DNA from: Alkalispirochaeta sp.
GTDB lineage: Bacteria > Spirochaetota > Spirochaetia > DSM-27196 > Alkalispirochaetaceae
DNA: 64,000 nucleotides
Direction: 5' to 3'
Assembly: GCA_965242725.1 (NCBI GenBank)
Contig: CBDESZ010000005.1
Location: 1 to 64,000, forward strand
Numbering within the stretch: the first letter of the stretch is position 1; each line of letters starts with the position of its first letter. The translations under genes and the position numbers were made by a program. The notes under the pieces were generated by a model that was not told the origin of the DNA, made no database searches, and saw only the letters and a program-made list of their open reading frames with translations. Positions 29,062-38,837 of the stretch are shown here, piece by piece.

Positions 29062-32000
29062 AGGCATCACTCATACCGCTCGCCGGAATTGAATCATTTC
29101 ACCAACTCGTCGAAATGACGACATCTCCCGATGACGCCGCCGCGACCGCGTCACCGGGCGTCGCTCGCCGGGGGACCCGTGTTGTACGAATCTGTCACGG
29201 CGGAGGATGCCTCGCCTCCGGATCATGTGAACTCCACGCCGCGCTTGAGAGCGCCGCGGAGAGTGCAGGAATATCCCTCACCATTCAGCCCGGTGGATGT
29301 ATGGGACCGTGCGCGGCGGGTCCCATCCTGGTGGTTGACCCTGAGCGCGTCCTGTATCAGGGCGTCAGGCCGGAAGATGCGGCGGAAATCGTGGAAAAAC
29401 ACATAATCGGCGGTACTCCCGTGGCGCGACTCCTCCATCGCAACAGGGATACGGGAGAACCGGCGGCGGTCATAGACGACGTCGACTTTTTTGACTTCCA
29501 GAGACGGATCGTTCTCGAGCGTTGCGGCGTTGTGAATCCTGAGGAGATCGTGAGCGCCCTGGAGCACGGGGCGTATCAGGGATTTGTCCGTGTCCTCTCG
29601 TCGCAGCGTCCCGAAGATGTTGTGGAGACGATCACCGCCTCGGGGCTGCGGGGCCGCGGCGGCGGCGGATTTCCCACGGGTCTCAAGTGGCGCGCCGCCG
29701 CCCGCGCCGACGGGGAGGAGAAGTACGTCCTCTGCAACGCCGACGAGGGCGATCCTGGCGCGTTTATGGACCGCAGTATCCTGGAGGGCGATCCGCACAC
29801 ACTGATTGAAGGCATGGCCATAGCCGCCTATGCCGTGGGAGCGCGTCAGGGATTTGTCTATGTACGGGCGGAATATCCGCTGGCCGTTGAGCGCCTTGAA
29901 CGTGCCATCCTGCAGGCCCGGGAGTATGGGCTTCTCGGGAAAAACATTCTGGGACAACACGTCGACTTTGATGTTGCCATACGCATGGGCAGCGGTGCCT
30001 TTGTCTGCGGTGAAGAGACGGCGCTGATGCACAGTATTGAGGGGAAACGGGGGGAACCGCGTCCCCGGCCGCCCTTCCCGGCGGAACGGGGGCTGTGGGG
30101 TAAACCGACGCTTCTCAACAACGTCGAGACCTATGCAAACGTCCCGCCCATCATCGTCCACGGGAGCGAGTGGTTCAGGGAAACGGGGACCGATGACTCT
30201 CCGGGAACCAAAGTCTTTGCCCTGGCGGGGGCGATAGAAAATGCGGGAATTGTGGAGGTTCCCATCGGCACGCCCCTTGGCGAGCTTATCTACGATATCG
30301 GCGGAGGGATGAAGAACGGAAAGGAGTTCAAAGCCGCCCAGATCGGCGGTCCCTCAGGCGGATGTATTCCCAAAGAGTTTCTTAACGTGCCTCTGGACTA
30401 CGAAGAGTTGAACAAGCTCGGCGCGATCATGGGATCCGGCGGGCTTATCGCCATGGATGAGGATACATGCATGGTCGATGTCGCTCGCTTCTTCCTTGAG
30501 TTTGTCCAGGAAGAGTCATGCGGGAAATGCGCGCCCTGCCGGGTCGGCACAAAACGTATGCTGGAGATCCTCGAGCGTATTTGCAACGGCCAGGGAGAAG
30601 AAGGGGATATCGAGCTCCTGGAACGTCTGGGAGAACATATCAGGGAGACCGCCCTCTGTGGATTGGGACAGACCGCTCCCAACCCCGTCCTTTCCACAAT
30701 CCGCCATTTCCGCAGGGAGTATGAGGAACACATTCGTGACCATCACTGTCGCGCGGGGGTGTGTCCCGGACTGGTCCGGGCGCCCTGTCAGTCGGGGTGC
30801 CCTGCGGAGGTGGATATACCCGGATTTGTGAGTCTTGTCGGTGAACGGCGATACGCCGAGGCGCTGCGTCTTCACCGCAACCGCAACCCCTTTGCCGCCG
30901 TGTGCGCCCGCGTCTGTTTTCACACCTGTGAAGACAAGTGTCGTCGGACCACGCTTGATGCGCCCGTCTCCATTCGAGCGGTCAAACGATTCATGGTGGA
31001 TCAGGAGGTGACCCTTCAGTTGCCGGAGATAAAGGAAAACACAGTCAACGCCGGACGCAAAATAGGGATAATCGGTGCTGGGCCGGCGGGTCTCTCCTGC
31101 GGGTATTTTCTTGCCCGTCTCGGTTACCGGCCGGTGATCTTTGAATCGGAGCCGCGTCCGGGAGGAATGCTGGTACAGACGATCCCCGAGTACCGATTGC
31201 CCCGGGAAACCCTTGCCCGGGAGATACGGATGATTGAACAGATGGGCGTTGAGATTCGTACGGAAACGGCCCTGGGCCGTGACTTCACGCTCTCCGACCT
31301 GCGTGGTCAGGGATACGAGGCGGTGTTCCTCGGGATGGGCGCTCCGGACTCGATCAGCATGGGCATCCCAGGTGAAGGCGGGAGCGGTGTGGAGCACGCC
31401 GTTGAGTTCCTCAAAAGCTATAACATTCGCGGCTCCGTGCCGGTGGGATCCCGGGTGGTCGTTGTCGGCGGTGGCAACGCGGCGATCGATGCGGCCAGGA
31501 CCGCCCTGCGTCTCGGAGCGGAGGTGACGGTGATCTATCGCCGGACGAGGGAACAGATGCCCGCCTATGCCGAGGAGATTGACCAGGCGCTCCTGGAAGG
31601 GGTGCGGTTGCAGCCCCTCACCCAGCCGATGAACGTACTTCGTGACGCCGGCGGTGAGGTGACCGGCGTCGTCTGCAGCCGCATGCAGCTCGGTGAGTTT
31701 GACCGCAGCGGTCGGCGCAGACCAAAGGCGTCGGAAGATGAACTCTTCACCCTCCCCGCCGATCAGGTGATCGTCGCCATCGGACAGACCCTCGACGTGT
31801 CGCGGTTGACCCGGGACCTTGAACTTGAACCGACGGCTGCCGGTTTTCTCCACGCCGATCCCCGGACGGGCTCCACCGCGGTGAAATGGGTCTTTGCCGG
31901 CGGGGACGCGGCGTCGGGTCCGGCGAGTGTCGTTCGTGCGATTGCGGCGGGTGAACGTGCCGCCTACGGGATCGACCTTTTCCTGACCGGTTCGGACCAC

Positions 32001-32303
32001 GCCTTCTGGCGGGAGTCGATCGCCATCGACACCGACTTCGATCCAACGGCGGATCCCGTCCCCTATCCACGGGAGCCGATACCCACGATACCTGCCGACC
32101 GGCGACGACACACCTTTGCGGAAGTGGAACAGCCGTGGTGTGAAGCGGTGGCACTGCGACAGGCAAAGCGGTGCCTCCGATGTGACTACGGTCGCCGTAC
32201 CGAAGTGAAAGCCGAAGTGAAAGCCGAAGTGAAAACCCGCATGGGAAGAGACGAAAACGATCGGACCGAAATGCGTCGGAAAGAGGAGGAAGTCAATGCC
32301 TGA
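29058..32303 (+). CDS. hydB: NuoF-like FMN/NADH subunit fused to a GltD/NfnL-like FAD/NADPH module
   Basis: GLRGRGGGGFPTG, CNADEGDPGAFMDR, ESCGKCAPCR; then APCQSGCP, CARVC..CEDKC, GAGPAG, GGGNAA..YRR, RCLRC. Confidence 0.92.
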   Translation: MKASLIPLAGIESFHQLVEMTTSPDDAAATASPGVARRGTRVVRICHGGGCLASGSCELHAALESAAESAGISLTIQPGGCMGPCAAGPILVVDPERVLYQGVRPEDAAEIVEKHIIGGTPVARLLHRNRDTGEPAAVIDDVDFFDFQRRIVLERCGVVNPEEIVSALEHGAYQGFVRVLSSQRPEDVVETITASGLRGRGGGGFPTGLKWRAAARADGEEKYVLCNADEGDPGAFMDRSILEGDPHTLIEGMAIAAYAVGARQGFVYVRAEYPLAVERLERAILQAREYGLLGKNILGQHVDFDVAIRMGSGAFVCGEETALMHSIEGKRGEPRPRPPFPAERGLWGKPTLLNNVETYANVPPIIVHGSEWFRETGTDDSPGTKVFALAGAIENAGIVEVPIGTPLGELIYDIGGGMKNGKEFKAAQIGGPSGGCIPKEFLNVPLDYEELNKLGAIMGSGGLIAMDEDTCMVDVARFFLEFVQEESCGKCAPCRVGTKRMLEILERICNGQGEEGDIELLERLGEHIRETALCGLGQTAPNPVLSTIRHFRREYEEHIRDHHCRAGVCPGLVRAPCQSGCPAEVDIPGFVSLVGERRYAEALRLHRNRNPFAAVCARVCFHTCEDKCRRTTLDAPVSIRAVKRFMVDQEVTLQLPEIKENTVNAGRKIGIIGAGPAGLSCGYFLARLGYRPVIFESEPRPGGMLVQTIPEYRLPRETLAREIRMIEQMGVEIRTETALGRDFTLSDLRGQGYEAVFLGMGAPDSISMGIPGEGGSGVEHAVEFLKSYNIRGSVPVGSRVVVVGGGNAAIDAARTALRLGAEVTVIYRRTREQMPAYAEEIDQALLEGVRLQPLTQPMNVLRDAGGEVTGVVCSRMQLGEFDRSGRRRPKASEDELFTLPADQVIVAIGQTLDVSRLTRDLELEPTAAGFLHADPRTGSTAVKWVFAGGDAASGPASVVRAIAAGERAAYGIDLFLTGSDHAFWRESIAIDTDFDPTADPVPYPREPIPTIPADRRRHTFAEVEQPWCEAVALRQAKRCLRCDYGRRTEVKAEVKAEVKTRMGRDENDRTEMRRKEEEVNA
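32200..32234 (+). repeat. In-frame 12-bp tandem repeat CCGAAGTGAAAG x3 (EVKA)
   Basis: Read directly; lies in the C-terminal tail of the hydB fusion. Confidence 0.85.
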
Positions 32304-34107
32304 GATATACATCAACGGGAAAGCGATGGTTGTCGCCGAAGGCTCAACGATCCTCACCGCCGCCATGGAAGGGGGCATACATATTCCATCCCTCTGCTAC
32401 CTCCCGGGACACGAGGCGCTTGGCGCGTGCCGGGTATGCACCGTGGAGGTGGAGGGAGCGCGGAAACTTGTCGCGGCGTGTGCGACGCCGGTTCACGATG
32501 GAATGCGCATACGTACAAACAGCCGTCGCGTTCGGGAAGCACGCAAGACGGTGGTGCAGCTCCTGCTGAGCGAACATGACGGCAATTGTACGCAATGCGA
32601 TCGCGGCGAAGACTGTGAGCTCAAGGAACTGGCGTACCTCACGGGGGTGCGGGAGGTGCTGTACCACGGCGAAAAGCCGCCGGCCCATCCCGATTGGACC
32701 ACACCCGCCCTCTCCCGGGACCCGACCAAATGTATAAAATGCCGACGCTGCGTCACCATGTGTAATGAGGTGCAGCACGTGGGCGCGCTCTTTCCCCAGT
32801 TCCGGGGATACGCAACGCAGATCGCGCCGGCCTTCGCCCAGGATCTTGCGACGGTCGCCTGCGTCCAGTGCGGTCAGTGTGCCGCCGTATGTCCCACCAG
32901 CGCCATTACGGAAGTACACCACACCGACGCGGTTCTTCGCGCCCTTGAAGACCCGGAACGGACGGTCGTCGTCCAGACCGCCCCGGCGATTCGCGCCGCC
33001 CTGGGTGAGGAGTTCGGCTGTCCTCCGGGAACGCTTGTGACCGGGCAAATGGTCACCGCTCTGAGAGAGCTTGGATTCGATTACGTATTCGATACAAATT
33101 TCACCGCGGATCTCACCATTCTGGAAGAGGGAAGTGAGCTGCTGACGCGGCTGAAACGCACCCTTGTGGACGGCGAGGCGGATCTGCTGCCCCAGTTTAC
33201 GAGCTGTTCTCCCGGCTGGATCAAGTTTGCGGAACACTTCTACCCGGAAATTCTTGAAAAAATATCCACATGCAAATCACCGCAGCAGATGTTCGGTGCC
33301 CTGGCAAAGACGTACCTGGCGGAACAACTGGGAGTTCCGGCGCGGAACATCACCGTCGTTTCGGTGATGCCCTGCACGGCCAAGAAGTTTGAGGCACAGC
33401 GCCCGGAAATGGCGCATCAGGGTATTTCCGATGTGGACTACGTCCTCACCACCCGGGAACTTGCACATCTCATCAAGGGCAACGGTATTGACCTCATGGG
33501 ACTCGCCGACGGAACGATGGATGCACCCCTGGGGCTCTCCTCCGGTGCGGCCGACATATTTGCCAATACCGGCGGCGTCATGGAAGCGGCGCTCCGCACG
33601 GTGCACGAGCTCGTTACGGGAAGGCCTCTGCCGGGCGAGAATATGCACGTACGGGAAATTGCCGGTCTCGAGGGCGTCAAGGAAGCGTCGGTGAGAATCA
33701 GCGACGCCGTGGAGGAGTGGTCGTTTCTGGAGGGGGTGGACGTCAGGGTTGCCGTCGCCCACGGTCTGGGAAACGCGGCAAAACTGCTGGATCGCATGAA
33801 GGGTGAAGGAGCGACAAAGGGACCGCAGTACCACTTTGTGGAGGTCATGACGTGTCCCGGCGGATGCATCGGCGGCGGCGGCCAACCGCGGTTTACCGAC
33901 GATTCCGTCCGGAAGGCGCGTATCGCGGCGATCTACCGCGAAGATGAAGGAAAGGAGATCCGCGCGTCTCACCTGAATCCCGCGGTCATGGAGCTCTATG
34001 AAAAGTACCTCGGGACTCCTCTGGGCGAGCGGTCGCATCACCTTCTGCATACCGCCTATACCGCCCGGCCGATGCCGGAAGGAGCGTCGTTACAGCTCCT
34101 CTCCTAG
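32296..34107 (+). CDS. hydA: [FeFe]-hydrogenase group A catalytic subunit
   Basis: H-cluster motifs TSCSPGW, MPCTAKKFE, EVMTCPGGCIGGGGQP; N-terminal 2Fe-2S, His-ligated 4Fe-4S and 2x4Fe-4S. Confidence 0.96.
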   Translation: MPEIYINGKAMVVAEGSTILTAAMEGGIHIPSLCYLPGHEALGACRVCTVEVEGARKLVAACATPVHDGMRIRTNSRRVREARKTVVQLLLSEHDGNCTQCDRGEDCELKELAYLTGVREVLYHGEKPPAHPDWTTPALSRDPTKCIKCRRCVTMCNEVQHVGALFPQFRGYATQIAPAFAQDLATVACVQCGQCAAVCPTSAITEVHHTDAVLRALEDPERTVVVQTAPAIRAALGEEFGCPPGTLVTGQMVTALRELGFDYVFDTNFTADLTILEEGSELLTRLKRTLVDGEADLLPQFTSCSPGWIKFAEHFYPEILEKISTCKSPQQMFGALAKTYLAEQLGVPARNITVVSVMPCTAKKFEAQRPEMAHQGISDVDYVLTTRELAHLIKGNGIDLMGLADGTMDAPLGLSSGAADIFANTGGVMEAALRTVHELVTGRPLPGENMHVREIAGLEGVKEASVRISDAVEEWSFLEGVDVRVAVAHGLGNAAKLLDRMKGEGATKGPQYHFVEVMTCPGGCIGGGGQPRFTDDSVRKARIAAIYREDEGKEIRASHLNPAVMELYEKYLGTPLGERSHHLLHTAYTARPMPEGASLQLLS

Positions 34108-35640
34108 TACGGCCAGGTCACCCGACGGGAGGACGACCAGAGCCCTCCCCGATACATCGGCGATGTGCGACGCCGATATACCCTCAACAAAGGGGGTGAT
34201 TTCGTCACCGGAGAGCACATCCCTGACGACGCGGTCTCCAGTGAGACGGATGGTCCCGTCCGATTCGTCAATGACCGACGACGGAACAATCCCGACCCTC
34301 CCGGCCACCGTTCTGACCCGGACGCCGGTGCTCGTCACGCCCAGGATGCGCAGCGGAGTGCCCCCGGCCAGCTCGTCCTCCAACGGGCGTCTTGGGGTGA
34401 TGTCGGGGTCCGCCTCCGCCTCGGCGCCGACAAAGGTATCCCCGGCGCCCCGGAGAAAGGGGTTGCGGTTTCTCCGCGCCCGGGGAAGCTCGTCCCGTGA
34501 CGGAGCGACGCCGGGATAGGTATCGGTGATCGTCACCGCTCCGTCCGGGGCGGTCCAGGGACCCATTCCCTGTACCGGCGCGCCTGATGAGGTTCCCGCC
34601 GCCGCGAGGAGCGTCTCTGCGTCCATTCCTTCATTGCCGTCAACCTCCGGCGGTCCCACCATGTACGGCCACGGATCGACGGGTCTGCGCCACCCGCCCT
34701 GATAGATACCGATGTGCAAATGGGGCGGCGTGGTGACGGCGTTCCCCGTATTGCCCACCGTGCCGAGGACATCACCTGCGCGGACGGAGACACCGTTTTC
34801 CACCAGATGGCTCTCCAGATGGGCGTAGTACACCTGGAGCCCCCGTATCGTATCCCGCAGGACCACCACATTGCCGCCGCGGTCCCGCCGGCCGACACGG
34901 ACGATCTCACCGTCGCTCACGGCCAGGACCGGCGTGCCCCGGGGGGCGAAGATATCGATTCCGTGGTGAATGCGGGCACCGCCGTCCCGGGGGTCACCAA
35001 AAAAACTCCACACATCGCCGGGCCCCGTATCCTCAACGGGAAAGGCGAGGGGAGCGCTTTCCCTGATGGACACCTCAAACCGGCCTCCCCTGAGCAGTTC
35101 CGGCTGAATCCGCAGGAGATAGAAATTGTTTGCCCGGGACTCAAAGACGACGCGATCATCGCCTTCGGGACGGCTTGCCACGAGTTCATCGGGGCGCCAC
35201 GCGACGAGTCCTCCGTCTTCGGTACGGGACGCGCCCGCCCCGTCAGACGTCTCCTCCCCGTGGGCCGCACCCGGCACATTTGCCACACCCTCTTCCACCT
35301 CTTCAAGGCGGAAGACGTCGGCAAAATAGCGGTCGTGCCCGGCGGAAATCGAAATCTCAATACGCCGTCCCCGGGTGACGGGAAAGCGGTAACCCACCGC
35401 CCCTGGATCGCGAGGGTCAAAAAAGACAATCTCCTCCACCGGCGGTGTTACGGCGACGGCCTCGGCGGTCACCCTCTCGGCGGCGGTGATCCAGCGCGTG
35501 CCCATCTCGGAGTCGGCGATATCAAGGCGTTCCAGGGCGTCACGGTAATCCTCATGGGAGCGGCGCGGAAAAAACGGTTCTTCAACAACCTCCTCGGGGC
35601 GGAGGAAAAAAAAAGAGAACGACGGCGCCTGCTGCGACAA
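34090..35640 (-). CDS. M23 family metallopeptidase; start uncertain
   Basis: HHGIDIFAPRGTPV, YYAHL, VGNTGNA..TPPHLH. Confidence 0.88.
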   Translation of the reverse strand: MSQQAPSFSFFFLRPEEVVEEPFFPRRSHEDYRDALERLDIADSEMGTRWITAAERVTAEAVAVTPPVEEIVFFDPRDPGAVGYRFPVTRGRRIEISISAGHDRYFADVFRLEEVEEGVANVPGAAHGEETSDGAGASRTEDGGLVAWRPDELVASRPEGDDRVVFESRANNFYLLRIQPELLRGGRFEVSIRESAPLAFPVEDTGPGDVWSFFGDPRDGGARIHHGIDIFAPRGTPVLAVSDGEIVRVGRRDRGGNVVVLRDTIRGLQVYYAHLESHLVENGVSVRAGDVLGTVGNTGNAVTTPPHLHIGIYQGGWRRPVDPWPYMVGPPEVDGNEGMDAETLLAAAGTSSGAPVQGMGPWTAPDGAVTITDTYPGVAPSRDELPRARRNRNPFLRGAGDTFVGAEAEADPDITPRRPLEDELAGGTPLRILGVTSTGVRVRTVAGRVGIVPSSVIDESDGTIRLTGDRVVRDVLSGDEITPFVEGISASHIADVSGRALVVLPSGDLAVLGEEL

Positions 35641-35698
35641 CGACGGCCGCCGTTACCACAAGAACGATGTGGGAACGGGGAAGTCTCATGATTTCAAT

Positions 35699-36613
35699 CT
35701 ACACAATACCAACCAGAAGCGACCACAACGGAAACGAGATGATCGCAAGCAGCGTGGAGACGGCAACGGTGGAAGCGGCGAGGCGGGAGTCGGAGTTGAA
35801 GGCGAGAGCAAAGGTCTGGGCGAGGATCGCCGTCGGTGATGCCGCAAGAATCACGACCACCGCAACCGTCCGGGGCGAAGCGTGAAAGAGCTGCGTCGCC
35901 AGAAGGTAGGCGACGGCAGGCATGAAGACGAGCTTCAGGAACGCCGCGAGGAGGGAGAGGCCGAAACGCTCCCTTATGGTCCCCACCGAAAGCTGTGACC
36001 CGATAACGAGAAGCGCCAGCGGAAGGGCGGCGCGACCGAGAAGGTCCAGCGGCTCCGAGAGGATGTGGGGCAGCTCGAGGTGCACTGCAGCGACGAGAAG
36101 TCCCGCTGAGGCGGCGAGAATGAGGGGGTTGGTAACGATGGAGACGATATTCCCCCTCACATCGAGGTGTGTCCGGCGGGGGTCAAAAATCTGCAGCAGG
36201 GGAATGCTCACGACTATGTGAAGTATCAGCCCGATGGCGAGGATCGCCGCCGCAACGGGAACCGCCTCGGATCCCACGACGGCACTGATAACCGGGAGAC
36301 CCAGATACGCCAGATTACCCCTGAAACTGCTCTGGACAAAAGCGCCCCGGGGACCGCCCTTCAGGGAAAATGACATGAGCAGCGCGATGACAGTGACGAC
36401 GACCAGCGCGCCGGCATAGGTCACGGCGGCGACACCGAGCTCCTCCAGCTGCGTGCGTCGCGTGCTGTTGAACAGCAGCACCGGCAGGAGAACCCGGGTG
36501 AGGACAACGTTCATCCCCGCCACATGCCGGTCCTCGAAAACGCCGTACCGGTGCAGGAGGTGGCCCGCCGTCATTACGACAAACAACGGGACGATAAGTA
36601 AAAATGCATCCAT
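35699..36613 (-). CDS. AEC family transporter
   Basis: About 10 TM helices; FRGNLAYLGLP, LPLALLVIG, KLVFMP. Confidence 0.88.
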   Translation of the reverse strand: MDAFLLIVPLFVVMTAGHLLHRYGVFEDRHVAGMNVVLTRVLLPVLLFNSTRRTQLEELGVAAVTYAGALVVVTVIALLMSFSLKGGPRGAFVQSSFRGNLAYLGLPVISAVVGSEAVPVAAAILAIGLILHIVVSIPLLQIFDPRRTHLDVRGNIVSIVTNPLILAASAGLLVAAVHLELPHILSEPLDLLGRAALPLALLVIGSQLSVGTIRERFGLSLLAAFLKLVFMPAVAYLLATQLFHASPRTVAVVVILAASPTAILAQTFALAFNSDSRLAASTVAVSTLLAIISFPLWSLLVGIV

Positions 36614-36819
36614 AATTATGAGCGCCCGCCTTGGAGCGGACGCATCAGGGTACACGAAAGGCGCCGCCGACGCAAAGGCGCCTTCACATCATCTTTTTAA
36701 TATAACGAACCTGACGGTTCCGTCCCGTCCCGCCGCACCCCGCAGTCCAAACCGCCTCACGGGGTAGAGGCGCCGTGCGCTGCACGACGCCCGCCGACCC
36801 GGCACGCTGCCGCCGACGC

Positions 36820-37998
36820 CTACCAGACGAGACCGACGTTCACCCCCGCCATCGCGGTGGGACCGTCGTCGTCAAGGTAGTACATCACCGGAACGTCAAG
36901 CTTGATGGGTCCCAGGTTGAGTCCCACACCGGCGGTCAGCCGGGGTCGCACAAACTGGGGCTCACCCTCGGTGACGACACCGAAGTTGGCTGAACCGGTG
37001 GAAATCAGGTCCACATACGGATCGGCTGCGGCATCGGGATCAAATCCGATCACCGACTCCGATCCGAACACCACCTCCGAGCTTCCCATTGTGAAATCGA
37101 CGCCGGCGCCGACGTTGAAGTCAAAAAGGTAGAGAACGCGCAGTCCCGTGGAGACCTCCAGCGGTATGGACCACGACTCGGACTGCACCGAGGCGATAAT
37201 TGAAGGGGCGATTGTGAGATCCCCGACGGGATCAGTATCAGGCCCGGAAGGATTTGAAATACCCAGATCGTTATAGGTGACGGTCTGGCTGAAATCGCTG
37301 TCCTGTACTTCAACGCTCAGCTTTGCCTCGTTGGTCTGGTAATTGACGCCGGTGCCAATGGTGAGTCCCCGCCATTTAAAAATCCCAAGGGCGATGCTCC
37401 TTGAACGAAGGAGCTGGTAATCAACCCCGCCTCCGACGGTCATGGACGAGAAGGAGATGTCCTCAACGATCTCCCCCGCCTCGGCGGAGAAATAGCCGAA
37501 CTTACCGTTGATACGCACCCTGTTGATAAGGGGGCTCAGGTTGATTCCCAGGGAGGCGGTAATCGGCTGTATCGCCGCACCAAAATAGACATCTCCCTCG
37601 TCTTCAAAGGTGGTACCCGCCTCTTCAAGTGACTGGGGGCTCGGTGCCGGCGCGGCAACGGCGAGTCCGCCGCCGAGGACGAGGGCAAAGACGCGGTAAT
37701 CGGAAAACGAGCGCTGCGTCGCCAGATGCGTCGCCGCGGCGCCCGCATTTGCAAAGGCGAGGGCAAGTTGCTGCTGATTCTGAAAGTTCTGTAAATCCGG
37801 ATCGTTTTCAAGGTCGTTCTTGAATGTATTCAGTACGGTCTGCATGTCGTCGGATCCGAACTCCTGGGTTGTACCCATTCCATCATCAAACAGGATCGTC
37901 GGCGCAATGAGGGTCACATCGAGCCCCTCCGCCGCCACGACGCCTCCCACCAGCATTAATGCAATTACGAGCCACCACGTTGATTTTTTAATACCCAT
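36820..37998 (-). CDS. Exported protein, probable outer-membrane beta-barrel
   Basis: Signal peptide, amphipathic beta-strands, C-terminal AGVNVGLVW; SD AGGAGG. Confidence 0.7.
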   Translation of the reverse strand: MGIKKSTWWLVIALMLVGGVVAAEGLDVTLIAPTILFDDGMGTTQEFGSDDMQTVLNTFKNDLENDPDLQNFQNQQQLALAFANAGAAATHLATQRSFSDYRVFALVLGGGLAVAAPAPSPQSLEEAGTTFEDEGDVYFGAAIQPITASLGINLSPLINRVRINGKFGYFSAEAGEIVEDISFSSMTVGGGVDYQLLRSRSIALGIFKWRGLTIGTGVNYQTNEAKLSVEVQDSDFSQTVTYNDLGISNPSGPDTDPVGDLTIAPSIIASVQSESWSIPLEVSTGLRVLYLFDFNVGAGVDFTMGSSEVVFGSESVIGFDPDAAADPYVDLISTGSANFGVVTEGEPQFVRPRLTAGVGLNLGPIKLDVPVMYYLDDDGPTAMAGVNVGLVW

Positions 37999-38295
37999 CT
38001 CATCCTCCTAAGCGTTGTGGACGGACACTCCCGAAGCCCGTCGCCCTTTGGAAGGTATCACAGAGTTGCCGGGAGCACAAAAATTTCCCTCCTTCGGTGC
38101 GATTTTTTGTGTCGTATCCACAATCGTGTTGCAAAACCGGCCATGATTCCTGTTCCCGAAAGGCGTTTCACGTATTGAGAAGAATGTTGATTCCCTGCGG
38201 TAATTTCCGCCGCCCAAACGAGTTCTGCAGGAAAGGTTCGTCTTTCGGTGCGAAGTTCTTGTCCCGCAGGGACTTGCAACGTGATATCAACAATC

Positions 38296-38328
38296 TTGTG
38301 AATACTTCACAATGTGACGAAGTTCAAA
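38296..38328. promoter_or_regulatory. Palindromic operator-like sites
   Basis: TTGTGAA-tac-TTCACAA immediately followed by TGTGA-N6-TCAAA. Confidence 0.5.
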
Positions 38329-38355
38329 ATAGAAAATGATTCGTCGGAGGCATCC

Positions 38356-38384
38356 TTGCCGTACAAAACGCAGCGGACTATGCT
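38356..38384 (+). promoter_or_regulatory. Sigma-70 promoter, leaderless-type
   Basis: TTGCCG-17-TATGCT, 6 nt before ATG 38391. Confidence 0.65.
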
Positions 38385-38390
38385 CTTCCG

Positions 38391-38759
38391 ATGGAAATGA
38401 AATTCGCATGGGTGACAGTGCAGGTGTCGGACATGGAGAGGTCCGTCTCGTTTTACCGGAATCTTCTGGGGTTGGAGGTTGACCGCAGGATGAAACCGGG
38501 ACCGGACATGGAGATCGTCTTCCTCGGCACGGGCGAGACGAAGGTGGAGCTCGTCCGGCGCGCCGACAATGGGGAAATTTCGTTCGGGAACGGAGTTTCG
38601 ATCGGCTTTGTGGTGCCTTCCCTCGAGGAGGCAACGGCCGCCCTTTCAGAGCTCGGTATCGCCGTTTACTCCGGTCCCTTTCAGCCCAATCCCCATATCA
38701 GATTTCTCTACGTTCTGGACCCCGACGGGCTGCGGGTGCAACTGGTAGAGCAGCGATAG
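38391..38759 (+). CDS. VOC/glyoxalase family protein
   Basis: VSDMERSVSFY..LLGL, DPDGLRVQL. Confidence 0.9.
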   Translation: MEMKFAWVTVQVSDMERSVSFYRNLLGLEVDRRMKPGPDMEIVFLGTGETKVELVRRADNGEISFGNGVSIGFVVPSLEEATAALSELGIAVYSGPFQPNPHIRFLYVLDPDGLRVQLVEQR

Positions 38760-38837
38760 GCGAAGCCGTGGCGACAATACCGGGCGGCCCCGCACGATAG
38801 GGTCCCGACGAACCACATGAGAAATACCGCATCGGCT

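Noticed and set aside
38129..38144. Sigma-54 promoter TGGC..TTGC on the minus strand
   Set aside because: GG-GC spacing is 8 nt rather than 10
38086..38254. Tandem glycine riboswitch (CACCGAAG-like cores)
   Set aside because: The GGAGA and CTCTCAGG elements are missing and the downstream gene is not glycine related
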